From Macrostomum lignano (lineage: Eukaryota), in assembly GCA_002269645.1 (NCBI GenBank), contig NIVC01000100.1:372001-436000 (forward strand): 64,000 nucleotides of DNA, in the 5' to 3' direction. A program made the position numbers and the translations under genes. Positions 25,621 to 38,600 of the stretch are shown here, one piece after another. How positions within the stretch are numbered: position 1 is the first letter of the stretch; each line of letters opens with the position of its first letter. Under the pieces are notes generated by a model that made no database searches, was not told the DNA's origin, and worked only from the letters and a program-made list of their open reading frames with translations.

Positions 25621-27333
25621 TGCTTACTTCTATCATAACTAATACCTTTACCCTCTATCTTTAACTTTTAACATATACAAACAACACGTCAGTTTTAGTA
25701 TATTGAGATACGTTTGAAACTATTATCCATGATACAAAAATCAAATGTCTTGTGCTAGTAGTGCTACTAGCTTTAGTAGGTAGTAATACCTGCTGTAAAG
25801 GGAAGTGTTTTTTGTTTTACTTAGTCTAATTTCACTAACGAAATCTGTCTTCTCCGAGACTTGAAGCTACGTCATACCCCACCCCAATCACAGCCAATAG
25901 GAAATGAGGAAATATATAGACCTATTCCTATCCAAGCAGCCATTCAGAGCTGTGGCCATCTTGGTGTGTGGCCATCTTGGTCATGCGCCATCCCGATTGG
26001 GCCACACTTCGTCATCTTAATTGGTAGTTTGTATATTTATGGTGACTATATGAACATAAAAATGGTTATTTTGATAGTCAACCTATAATTAAATAAAAAT
26101 AAACTATCTAAATGAAATAACTAGTAGTACTAACTACTACATTATGTATGTAAGATCAAGATAATTAATGATATAACTTAATTTGTAGTGTAACTAACTA
26201 AGAAGACTGTATGCTGTATGTAATTTAAGTGTAGGCCTAAATAAATATAGTAACTAAACATAGTCTCATAGAGACACTTTTAATTTGTTGATTAAATGGC
26301 AAGTGGTAACTTATGTATGTTATGTTTGTCATCAACCTTGGCTCAATAATATTTATAACCTAATTTTTTGTTAATGCTATGGTGATTGTTTATTTATTGA
26401 TTAGTAATAAAAGATCTTCAAGTTCAAATTTTTGCTACTTTTTAGGCAAACTTTTTATTTACTTTTGGCAAAAGTAGGCATGCACGATTGGCATAAAAGA
26501 GCTATTATTAAGTAGAAAAAAAGATAAAAAATCGATTTTTAAGCATAAATTTCAAGCTTTCCAGTTTAAAGAACCCAAGCATTGAAACAAATTTTTGCAT
26601 GTATCAATTTTTTAGTATGAAAAATATTGTCAAAAAAGCATAAAAATGAATCAAATTATTTTTCTAAAAGGGTCTATAATGCAATTTATAAAAAGTAATT
26701 TATTATCACAATATAAAAAAGTTAATTTAGCCTAGGCCTATTGTTGCAACACTTGCATGGTTTTGAGAATTGGCATGCACTCAATTTTTCGGCATGCATT
26801 TGTAATTATTTGATTTTTGTTTGTGCATGCACCTTGCATGATTATGGTCATGTAGGGCTATGGTTCAGATCATGTAATGTATGCCTAAAAAATTGGGAGT
26901 GCATTGGCCTTGCATGCCAAAAATAGGCATTCACTGTTGGAATGCTGTGTATCACTCCTAAGAAAATAGTATGCATGCATACATCACGCATAGAATCACT
27001 TGGAGAAGTATTGTAAATAGAAAAAAAGTTTGTTTTTAATCTTAGATGGCAATGTCCTCGTTTCTTGCATTAAAATATTTTAACCCAAAATTTGAAACAA
27101 ACAAACAAAAGCATGTTTATTCAAGATTTAAAACAAGTCTTAGGTCTTAAAATGAGTATTACAGAGTATAGTAATGTGTCAATCAGTACAGAAAGTTGCC
27201 AAAGCTCTATTTTGGGTAGAATCAGCAACAGAGAAATTTGCTAAGGTAGGAGTCAAAAAGGTTGTCACTGGTGCCATGCTGACTACAAAACTTTGCCTTC
27301 ACATGGTGTAGGTGCCTTCAAAGGTATTCTCAA

Positions 27334-28502
27334 GGGAGTACAACGTTTGCTTGCCGAACTTTGCTTGCAGGAATTTTACTTGCCAAACTTTGCTTGCCGA
27401 AGTTTGCTTGCGGAATTTTGCTTGCCGAGGTTTGCTTGCCGAACTTTGCTTGCGGAATTTTGCTTGAGCCGATGTTTGCTTGCCGAACTTTGCTTGCAGA
27501 ATTTTGCTTGCCAAACTTTGCTTGCCGAACTTTGCTTGCCGAACTTTGCTTGCCGAATTTTGCCTGCCGAAGTCTGCTTGCTGAAGTTTTCTTGCGGAAT
27601 TTTGCTTGCCGAAGTCTGCTTGCCGAACTTTGCTTGCAGGAAATTTGCTTGCAGGAATTTTGCTTGCCGAGGTTTGTTTGCCGAAGTTTGCTTGCGGAAT
27701 TTTGCTTGCCGAAGTTTGCTTGCGGAATTTTGATGTCTGATTCCTAAAAATTCGCAATCACAATTGCAAGGTTTTAACTTGCCGAATTATTTTCTTGTTT
27801 GCTTGCTTGTTTGATGGCTTGTGAAGTTGGTCAGTCAATTATTACATACTACAGTTGCTTTGCAAGTGGATTCTTATCAGCGTCGACATAAACTGACTTG
27901 ATACTAAGCTTTCAAACTAGGTGTATAGAGTTTCATTCTAAGAATTAGTATATAAGACTCGTATAATGATTAGAGATTCAATATAGGTAGTTAGGGATCA
28001 GTAATAGGCCTAGTATAAATCTTTTTAGTTCCTGATTTCAGCACTGAGCAGGATGATAATTGTAGTGATGCTAATGAATACTAATATTAATTGTATAAAA
28101 ATGTAAACAAACTTGGACTAGCAGATTTGCACTAGCAGTAGTGTACTTGTCACCGAGGAACAAAAGCTAAAATAGAACCCAAAGTTCCGTGGAGGTAACG
28201 AGCGTTACATTATTATACAAATTATTATAAAATCGAAATTAAAGCAAAATTCGGCAATCAAAGTTCGGCGGGCAAAATTCCGCAAGCAAACTTCGGCAAG
28301 CTTATGTGCAGCAAGCAAATTTCCTGCAAGCAAAATTCGGCAAGCAAAATTCGGCAAGCAAAGTTCGACAAGCAAAGCTCGGCAAGCAAACTTCGGCAAG
28401 CAAAATTCCACAAGCAAACTTCGGCAAGCAAAATTCCGCAAGCAAAAGTCCCGCAAGCAAACTTCGGCAAGCAAACTTCTCACAAGCAAATTTCATAGAC
28501 CC
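27334..28502. mobile_element. 1169-bp foldback-type non-autonomous element
   Basis: Arms of (ttgcttgccgaa)n in opposite orientation; GGG...CCC termini aligning at 14/20; perfect 8-bp TSD attctcaa at 27326-27333 and 28503-28510. Confidence 0.8.
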
Positions 28503-29688
28503 ATTCTCAATAACTGATCTCAAAGTCACAAAGGTTGGCCAATAGCTACAAATTGGCAAGAGGTAAGATATTTATAGGCACTTAAGGTTGTCTAGCCATG
28601 ATTTATGCTGAAAATAATGAAAATCGGGTCAAAATAATTTAATGTAGGAAACTAGGACATTGCTACATAAATTAAGTTAATTTTTCTTGGTTTTTTATAC
28701 TTGTAATGAAGCATTTAAACAATTTTTTGTGTGTATTGATTTTTCTACTATAAATAGCATCACCAAAAAAGTGTCAATCAACCATATTATTTACCAATTT
28801 CTAAAGGTCCATTATGCAATTTAAGGTCATTTATTGTCACAATGCTAGTGTAGTTTTAAGAATGGGTATGCACTTAAATTTTTTGGCATGCATTTGTAAT
28901 TTTATTCAATTTTTATTTTTTTGGGATATATAGTGCACTAGAAAGATAGCACATGCTTAAAGGGTAGCGCATAGAAGACATTGTTTACTCTATAGTGTAT
29001 TGAAAAGTAGCTCACTAGATATGTCTTAATGAAAATATATTAGCAGAATGAGTATTTAAAAGAAAAATTTATTTAGAAAATTCTATATGTGGAGGTATAC
29101 ACTGATGGACCATTGCCGCACTACAAATCTCTATTATCCCCCTTCTAAGCAATTGGCAATTGGCATATTCCACTAGCATTTCTGCAAGATGCTTAGAATG
29201 CAGTGTGTTTTGCTTGGCCTAATTTATCTCTAGTTATTTTATTATCCTATATAACAGAATAGATAATGTGATTATATGACCAACAACTAAAATAATGTCA
29301 ATTCATATGTCATTTTAGTCATACCTTTAGTAGTTAAAATATTTCTAACTTTGCTAAAAATAGAGGGTATAAACAATGAAAATGGTAGATAAGACCATTA
29401 AAAATGCTATGAGTAAGTGGAGACTTTATAATTGCATAATTTCACTGCATTTAAATACCTAAGATAGCCTTTAAAAATATTTTTTTCTAGCAATCAACCT
29501 TGTTGGATATTTATAACATAATTGTTTACTTTATTAAATGGAAAAAATGTGTCTATTAATGACTAATTTTATTTCTTTGTTTTTGCAATTCAATCTATAA
29601 ATTAACTCTTTTTAGCATTCTCTTTCTAAAGCTGTTATGGTCACTCTATGAAGATTAAACTTAGTATTTAACTGAAAATTGAAAGAAA

Positions 29689-32600
29689 ATGTTGGCTAAT
29701 TTTTTACAAAGAAGCTTTGCTTATGGCAGAGGCAGTTATCCTGTAGCCAAGTCTGAAGCAGCTTTGTCCAGAGATAATCAGCAATATCCATTACTGCAGC
29801 AGCAACAGCAACAGCAGCAGTTATTGAGGTGCTGTGTCACCTTTTTAGATGATACAACTGCTGTATTTGCATTTGAGGTAAGTTGACTTTGTATTGTTAA
29901 TTGTCTTTGAATACATAATGTTCTGTATAAATTTGGGGTTTGCATATTTATATTGGACAAGAAAGACAAGTCATGAAACATGATGTGAGTAAATGTTTGA
30001 AAATTAAGTCAGTGTTGCTGTGCAAACTGCAGTCTTTTTTATTTAGGAATTGCCTTGGAATCTGCAGTTTCCCTAATTAGGAATCGCCTTGGAATCTGCA
30101 GTTTCCTTAATTAGAAATCGCCTTGGAATCTGCAGTTTCCTTAATTAGGAATCGCCTTGGAATCTGCAGTTTCCTTAATTAGGAATCGCCTTGGAATCTG
30201 CAATTTCCCTTATTAGGAATCGCCTTGGAATCTGCAGTTTCCTTAATTAGGAATCGCCTTGGAATCTGCAGTTTCCTTAATTAGGAATCGCCTTGGAATC
30301 TACAGTTTCCTTAATTAGGAATCGCCTTGGAATCTGCAATTTCCCTTATTAGGAATCGCCTTGGAATCTGCAGTTTCCTTAATTAGGAATCGCCTTGGAA
30401 TCTGCAGTTTCCCTTATTAGAAATCGCCTTGGAATCTGCAGTTTCCTTAATTAGGAATCGCCTTGGAATCTGCAGTTTCCTTAATTAGGAATCGCCTTGG
30501 AATCTGCAATTTCCCTTATTAGGAATCGCCTTGGAATCTGCAGTTTCCTTAATTAGGAATCGCCTTGGAATCTGCAGTTTCCTTAATTAGGAATCGCCTT
30601 GGAATCTGCAGTTTCCCTAATTAGGAATCGCCTTGGAATCTGCAGTTTCCTTAATTAGGAATCGCCTTGGAATCTGCAGTTTCCTTAATTAGGAATCGCC
30701 TTGGAATCTGCAGTTTCCTTAATTAGGAATCGCCTTGGAATCTGCAATTTCCCTTATTAGGAATCGCCTTGGAATCTGCAGTTTCCTTAATTAGGAATCG
30801 CCTTGGAATCTGCAGTTTCCCTAATTAGGAATCGCCTTGGAATCTGCAGTTTCCTTAATTAGGAATCGCCTTGGAATCTGCAGTTTCCTTAATTAGGAAT
30901 TGCGTTGGAATCTGCAGTTTCCCTAATTAGGAATCGCCTTGGAATCTGCAGTTTCCCTTATTAGGAATCGCCTTGGAATCTGCAGTTTCCCTAATTAGGA
31001 ATCGCCTTGGAATCTGCAGTTTCCCTAATTAGGAATCGCCTTGGAATCTGCAGTTTCCTTAATTAGGAATCGCCTTGGAATCTGCAGTTTCCTTAATTAG
31101 GAATCGCCTTGGAATCTGCAGTTTCCTTAATTAGGAATTGCGTTGGAATCTGCAGTTTCCCTAATTAGGAATCGCCTTGGAATCTGCAGTTTCCCTTATT
31201 AGGAATCGCCTTGGAATCTGCAGTTTCCCTAATTAGGAATCGCCTTGGAATCTGCAGTTTCCCTAATTAGGAATCGCCTTGGAATCTGCAGTTTCCTTAA
31301 TTAGGAATCGCCTTGGAATCTGCAGTTTCCTTAATTAGGAATCGCCTTGGAATCTGCAGTTTCCTTAATTAGGAATTGCGTTGGAATCTGCAGTTTCCCT
31401 TATTAGGAATCGCCTTGGAATCTGCAGTTTCCTTAATTAGGAATCGCCTTGGAATCTGCAGTTTCCCTAATTAGGAATCGCCTTGGAATCTGCAGTTTCC
31501 TTAATTAGGAATTGCGTTGGAATCTGCAGTTTCCCTTATTAGGAATCGCCTTGGAATCTGCAGTTTCCTTAATTAGGAATCGCCTTGGAATCTGCAGTTT
31601 CCCTAATTAGGAATCGCCTTGGAATCTGCAGTTTCCTTAATTAGGAATTGCGTTGGAATCTGCAGTTTCCCTTATTAGGAATCGCCTTGGAATCTGCAGT
31701 TTCCCTAATTAGGAATCGCCTTGGAATCTGCAGTTTCCTTAATTAGGAATCGCCTTGGAATCTGCAGTTTCCTTAATTAGGAATCGCCTTGGAATCTGCA
31801 GTTTCCTTAATTAGGAATTGCGTTGGAATCTGCAGTTTCCCTAATTAGGAATCGCCTTGGAATCTGCAGTTTCCCTTATTAGGAATCGCCTTGGAATCTG
31901 CAGTTTCCCTAATTAGGAATCGCCTTGGAATCTGCAGTTTCCCTAATTAGGAATCGCCTTGGAATCTGCAGTTTCCTTAATTAGGAATCGCCTTGGAATC
32001 TGCAGTTTCCTTAATTAGGAATCGCCTTGGAATCTGCAGTTTCCTTAATTAGGAATTGCGTTGGAATCTGCAGTTTCCCTTATTAGGAATCGCCTTGGAA
32101 TCTGCAGTTTCCTTAATTAGGAATCGCCTTGGAATCTGCAGTTTCCCTAATTAGGAATCGCCTTGGAATCTGCAGTTTCCTTAATTAGGAATTGCGTTGG
32201 AATCTGCAGTTTCCCTTATTAGGAATCGCCTTGGAATCTGCAGTTTCCTTAATTAGGAATCGCCTTGGAATCTGCAGTTTCCCTAATTAGGAATCGCCTT
32301 GGAATCTGCAGTTTCCTTAATTAGGAATTGCGTTGGAATCTGCAGTTTCCCTTATTAGGAATCGCCTTGGAATCTGCAGTTTCCTTAATTAGGAATCGCC
32401 TTGGAATCTGCAGTTTCCTTAATTAGGAATTGCGTTGGAATCTGCAGTTTCCCTTATTAGGAATCGCCTTGGAATCTGCAGTTTCCTTAATTAGGAATTG
32501 CGTTGGAATCTGCAGTTTCCCTTATTAGGAATCGCCTTGGAATCTGCAGTTTCCTTAATTAGGAATCGCCTTGGAATCTGCAGTTTCCCTAATTAGGAAT

Positions 32601-35600
32601 CGCCTTGGAATCTGCAGTTTCCTTAATTAGGAATTGCGTTGGAATCTGCAGTTTCCCTTATTAGGAATCGCCTTGGAATCTGCAGTTTCCTTAATTAGGA
32701 ATCGCCTTGGAATCTGCAGTTTCCTTAATTAGGAATTGCGTTGGAATCTGCAGTTTCCCTTATTAGGAATCGCCTTGGAATCTGCAGTTTCCTTAATTAG
32801 GAATCGCCTTGGAATCTGCAGTTTCCCTAATTAGGAATCGCCTTGGAATCTGCAGTTTCCTTAATTAGGAATCGCCTTGGAATCTGCAGTTTCCTTAATT
32901 AGGAATTGCGTTGGAATCTGCAGTTTCCCTAATTAGGAATCGCCTTGGAATCTGCAGTTTCCCTTATTAGGAATCGCCTTGGAATCTGCAGTTTCCCTAA
33001 TTAGGAATCGCCTTGGAATCTGCAGTTTCCCTAATTAGGAATCGCCTTGGAATCTGCAGTTTCCTTAATTAGGAATCGCCTTGGAATCTGCAGTTTCCTT
33101 AATTAGGAATCGCCTTGGAATCTGCAGTTTCCTTAATTAGGAATTGCGTTGGAATCTGCAGTTTCCCTAATTAGGAATCGCCTTGGAATCTGCAGTTTCC
33201 CTTATTAGGAATCGCCTTGGAATCTGCAGTTTCCCTAATTAGGAATCGCCTTGGAATCTGCAGTTTCCCTAATTAGGAATCGCCTTGGAATCTGCAGTTT
33301 CCCTAATTAGGAATCGCCTTGGAATCTGCAGTTTCCTTAATTAGGAATCGCCTTGGAATCTGCAGTTTCCTTAATTAGGAATCGCCTTGGAATCTGCAGT
33401 TTCCTTAATTAGGAATTGCGTTGGAATCTGCAGTTTCCCTTATTAGGAATCGCCTTGGAATCTGCAGTTTCCTTAATTAGGAATCGCCTTGGAATCTGCA
33501 GTTTCCTTAATTAGGAATTGCGTTGGAATCTGCAGTTTCCCTAATTAGGAATCGCCTTGGAATCTGCAGTTTCCTTAATTAGGAATCGCCTTGGAATCTG
33601 CAGTTTCCTTAATTAGGAATTGCGTTGGAATCTGCAGTTTCCTTAATTAGGAATCGCCTTGGAATCTGCAGTTTCCTTAATTAGGAATTGCGTTGGAATC
33701 TGCAGTTTCCTTAATTAGGAATCGCCTTGGAATCTGCAGTTTCCTTAATTAGGAATCGCCTTGGAATCTGCAGTTTCCTTAATTAGGAATTGCGTTGGAA
33801 TCTGCAGTTTCCTTAATTAGGAATCGCCTTGGAATCTGCAGTTTCCTTAATTAGGAATTGCGTTGGAATCTGCAGTTTCCCTTATTAGGAATCGCCTTGG
33901 AATCTGCAGTTTCCTTAATTAGAATCGCCTTGGAATCTGCAGTTTCCTTAATTAGGAATCGCCTTGGAATCTGCAGTTTCCTTAATTAGGAATTGCGTTG
34001 GAATCTGCAGTTTCCCTTATTAGGAATCGCCTTGGAATCTGCAGTTTCCTTAATTAGGAATCGCCTTGGAATCTGCAGTTTCCTTAATTAGGAATCGCCT
34101 TGGAATCTGCAGTTTCCTTAATTAGGAATTGCGTTGGAATCTGCAGTTTCCCTTATTAGGAATCGCCTTGGAATCTGCAGTTTCCTTAATTAGGAATTGC
34201 GTTGGAATCTGCAGTTTCCCTTATTAGGAATCGCCTTGGAATCTGCAGTTTCCTTAATTAGGAATCGCCTTGGAATCTGCAGTTTCCCTAATTAGGAATC
34301 GCCTTGGAATCTGCAGTTTCCTTAATTAGGAATTGCGTTGGAATCTGCAGTTTCCCTTATTAGGAATCGCCTTGGAATCTGCAGTTTCCTTAATTAGGAA
34401 TCGCCTTGGAATCTGCAGTTTCCCTAATTAGGAATCGCCTTGGAATCTGCAGTTTCCTTAATTAGGAATTGCGTTGGAATCTGCAGTTTCCCTTATTAGG
34501 AATCGCCTTGGAATCTGCAGTTTCCTTAATTAGGAATCGCCTTGGAATCTGCAGTTTCCTTAATTAGGAATTGCGTTGGAATCTGCAGTTTCCTTATTAG
34601 GAATCGCCTTGGAATCTGCAGTTTCCTTAATTAGGAATTGCGTTGGAATCTGCAGTTTCCCTTATTAGGAATCGCCTTGGAATCTGCAGTTTCCTTAATT
34701 AGGAATCGCCTTGGAATCTGCAGTTTCCCTAATTAGGAATCGCCTTGGAATCTGCAGTTTCCTTAATTAGGAATTGCGTTGGAATCTGCAGTTTCCCTTA
34801 TTAGGAATCGCCTTGGAATCTGCAGTTTCCTTAATTAGGAATCGCCTTGGAATCTGCAGTTTCCTTAATTAGGAATTGCGTTGGAATCTGCAGTTTCCCT
34901 TATTAGGAATCGCCTTGGAATCTGCAGTTTCCTTAATTAGGAATCGCCTTGGAATCTGCAGTTTCCCTAATTAGGAATCGCCTTGGAATCTGCAGTTTCC
35001 TTAATTAGGAATCGCCTTGGAATCTGCAGTTTCCTTAATTAGGAATTGCGTTGGAATCTGCAGTTTCCCTTATTAGGAATCGCCTTGGAATCTGCAGTTT
35101 CCTTAATTAGGAATTGCGTTGGAATCTGCAGTTTCCCTTATTAGGAATCGCCTTGGAATCTGCAGTTTCCCTAATTAATAATCTGCATTTTCCTAAGTCT
35201 ACTTTCTTGTAAACTTTAGAAAGTTATTACCGAATTAACTACATTCATTCAGCTTATACATTCTGCAGGCTCTCTAGTCTGCTTTTAGTGTGGAAGCAGA
35301 AAGCCAAAAATGATGAACACAAGTTGATAAAGATAACAGTCGTTGCAGTGTAGGCAAAGAAAAATGGACTAATGTGCACGACGAAGGAAATAGCAGATTT
35401 TATCGAACAAAATTTATGTTAGTTTTGACCGCAATTTGCTGTGCAAACATTCTAATTGAGTTTTGTATATCGCGTCTTTCCCTCTACGGTTAACATGACA
35501 ACAGAGGGACGCTCTGGGCTATGCGCTGTTAAATAACGTGTTTGACTTTCTCGGCCTGTTGGAACGGGAATGCTTCGGATTGCAGTACACTGATGAGCGG

Positions 35601-38600
35601 GGCATTGCGGTGAGTGAAACAGATCATACTTTTCATTTTGATGTCCGTCTAGTCTCTCCTGTCTTATCTGATCTTCATTGCAGATCTCTAGTCTCTCCTG
35701 TCTCATCTAATCTCCATTGCAGATCTCTAGTCTCTCCTGTCTTATCTGATCTTCATTGTAGAGCTTTACTAGTCCCTTCTGTGTCATGTAATTTTCATCG
35801 TAGATCTCTAGTCTCCCTGTCTCATCTCCTCTGTCGTAGATCTCTAGTCTCCTGTCTCATCTCCTCTGTCGTAGATCTCTAGTCTTCTGTCTCATCTCCT
35901 CTGGCGTAGATCTCTAGTCTCCTGTCTCATCTCCTCTGTCATAGATCTCTAGTCTCCTGTCTCATCTCCTCTGTCATAGATCTCTAGTCTACTGTCTCAT
36001 CTCCTCTGTCGTAGATCTCTAGTCTCCTGTCTCATCTCCTCTTGTGTAGATCTCTAGTCTCTCCTGTCTCATCTAATCTCCATTGTAGATCTATACTAGT
36101 CCCTTCTGTGTCATGTAATTTTCATCGTAGATCTCTAGTCTCCCTGTCTCATCTCCTCTGTCGTAGATCTCTAATCTCTCCTGTCTCATCTCCTCTGGCG
36201 TAGATCTCTAGTCTCCTGTCTCATCTCCTCTGTCATAGATCTCTAGTCTCCTGTCTCATCTCCTCTGTCATAGATCTCTAGTCTCCTGTCTCATCTCCTC
36301 TTGTGTAGATCTCTAGTCTCTCCTGTCTCATCTCCTCTTGTGTAGATCTCTAGTCTCCTGGCTCATCTCCTCTGTCATAGATCTCTAGTCTCCTGTCCTG
36401 TCTCATCTCCTCTGTCATAGATCTCTAGTCTCCTGTCTCATCTCCTCTTGTGTAGATCTCTAGTCTCTCCTGTCTCATCTCCTCTGTCATAGATCTCTAG
36501 TCTCTTCTGTCTTTCACCCTCTCGTTCCCATCTTAGATCTTGATTTTCAGTTATTTCATATCCATTCTCCCTCCTTATGCTATAATCTCTAGTCTCCTGT
36601 CTCTCATCTCTTACGCCGCATCTGATATCTCTAGGTCTTTTCTGTCCCATCTTACGTGATTCATTTTTCTTCTTTGTTAGATATTAAAACAAGATTATGC
36701 AAACTGTCTCGAAGTGGTAGTAATCTAGGCAGTAGTATCGCTGTAGGCCTTGATTTTAATATTAGTATAGGTGGATTATTATAATAGCAACAGTCTAAGC
36801 TTTGAAATTGCGCTCTTTCGGTAAGTTAGACTGTAGAAATATATGTATCAAAATAGTAAATAGCCTTAATACACAGAATTTAAATAGAATAGCATGCTGA
36901 AATTTCTTCAAAGAAACTTTTCATAAAGTAAAAGTTTTGCGCTGCGCAGTTTACGTTGCTTTTATTGTTTCTCCGTTGTTTCATAGAAACCCTAGGAAAT
37001 GATTATTAGACACTCAAAATTATAAACTGCATTTTCTTAGTCATTTTGCTTTGATTTTCAGCATTGGATTGACGCGGATAAATCGTTGCGGAAAAAGTTG
37101 AAACATGGTTAGTACAATAGCGGCTCCATAATTCATGTTTTCATTTGTCATTTGTCGTATTTTTTTCATTGAATCGCGCCTCATCTACCCTGAGAGTCGC
37201 CCCTCATCTACCATGAGAATCTCCCCCCATCTACCCTGAAAATCGCCTCGCATCTACCCTGAGAGTTGCCCCTCATCTACCCTGAGAGTTGCCCCTCATC
37301 TACCCTGAAAATCGCCTCGCATCTACCCTGAGAATCGCCCCTCATCTACCCTGAGAATCTCCCCTCATCTACCCTGAGAGTTGCCCCTCATCTACCCTGA
37401 GAGTCGCCCATCATCTACCCTGAGAGTCGCCCATCATCTACCCTGAGAGTCGCCCCTCATCTACCCTGAGAGTCGCCCCTCATCTACCCTGAGAGTCGCC
37501 ACTCATCTACCCTGAGAGTCGCCCCTCATCTACCCTGAGAATCGCCCCTCATCTACCCTGAGAGTTGCCCCTCATCTACCCTGAGAATCTCCCCTCATCT
37601 ACCCTGAGAGTCGCCCCTCATCTACCCTGAGAGTCGCCCCTCATCTACCCTGAGAGTTGCCCCTCATCTACCCTGAGAGTCGCCCATTATCTACCCTGAG
37701 AGTCGCCCATTATCTACCCTGAGAGTTGCCCCTCATCTACCTTGAGTGTCGCCCCTCATCTACCCTGAGTGTCGCCCCTCATCTACCCTGAGAGTCGCCC
37801 CTCATCTACCCTGAGAGTTGCCCCTCATCTACCCTGAGTGTCGCCCCTCATCTACCCTGAGAGTCGCCCATTATCTACCCTGAAAGTTGCCCCTCATCTA
37901 CCCTGAGAGTTGCCCCTCATCTACCCTGAGAGTTGCCCCTCATCTACCCTGAGAGTTGCCCCTCATCTACCCTGAGAGTCGCCCCTCATCTACCCTGAGA
38001 GTTGAGCCTCATCTACCCTGAGATTTGCCCCTCATCTACCCTGAGAGTCGCCCCTCATCTACCCTGAGAATCTCCCCTCATCTACCCTGAGAGTCGCCCC
38101 TCATCTACCCTGAGAGTCGCCCCTCATCTACCCTGAGAGTTGCCCCTCATCTACCCTGAGAGTCGCCCATTATCTACCCTAAGAGTCGCCCATTATCTAC
38201 CCTGAGAGTTGCCCCTCATCTACCTTAAGTGTCGCCCCTCATCTACCCTGAGTGTCGCCCCTCATCTACCCTGAGAGTCGCCCCTCATCTACCCTGAGAG
38301 TTGCCCCTCATCTACCCTGAGTGTCGCCCCTCATCTACCCTGAGAGTCGCCCCTCATCTACCCTGAGAGTTGCCCCTCATCTACCCTGAGTGTCGCCCCT
38401 CATCTACCCTGAGAGTCGCCCATCATCTACCCTGAGAGTCGCTCCTCATCTACCCTGAGAGTCGCCCCTCATCTACCCTGAGAGTCGCCCATTATCTACC
38501 CTGAGAGTTGCCCCTCATCTACCCTGAGAATCTCCCCTCATCTACCCTGAGAGTCGCCCATCATCTACCCTGAGAGTCGCCCCTCATCTACCCTGAGAGT

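Larger units (their letters stand above)
21603..25989 (+). mobile_element. 4387-bp TIR DNA transposon (probably Mutator/MULE-like deletion derivative) encoding a PHD-FLYWCH protein
   Basis: 42-bp TIRs (21603-21644 and 25948-25989, 3 mismatches); perfect 8-bp TSD atcccgat at 21595-21602 and 25990-25997. Confidence 0.85.

Noticed and set aside
23288-25636. Leu/Ser-rich 'membrane protein' ORFs on the minus strand
   Set aside because: Complement of GA-rich low-complexity DNA.
27293-28559. Cys/Leu-rich repeat ORFs on both strands
   Set aside because: Derived from the ~12-bp modules of the foldback element.
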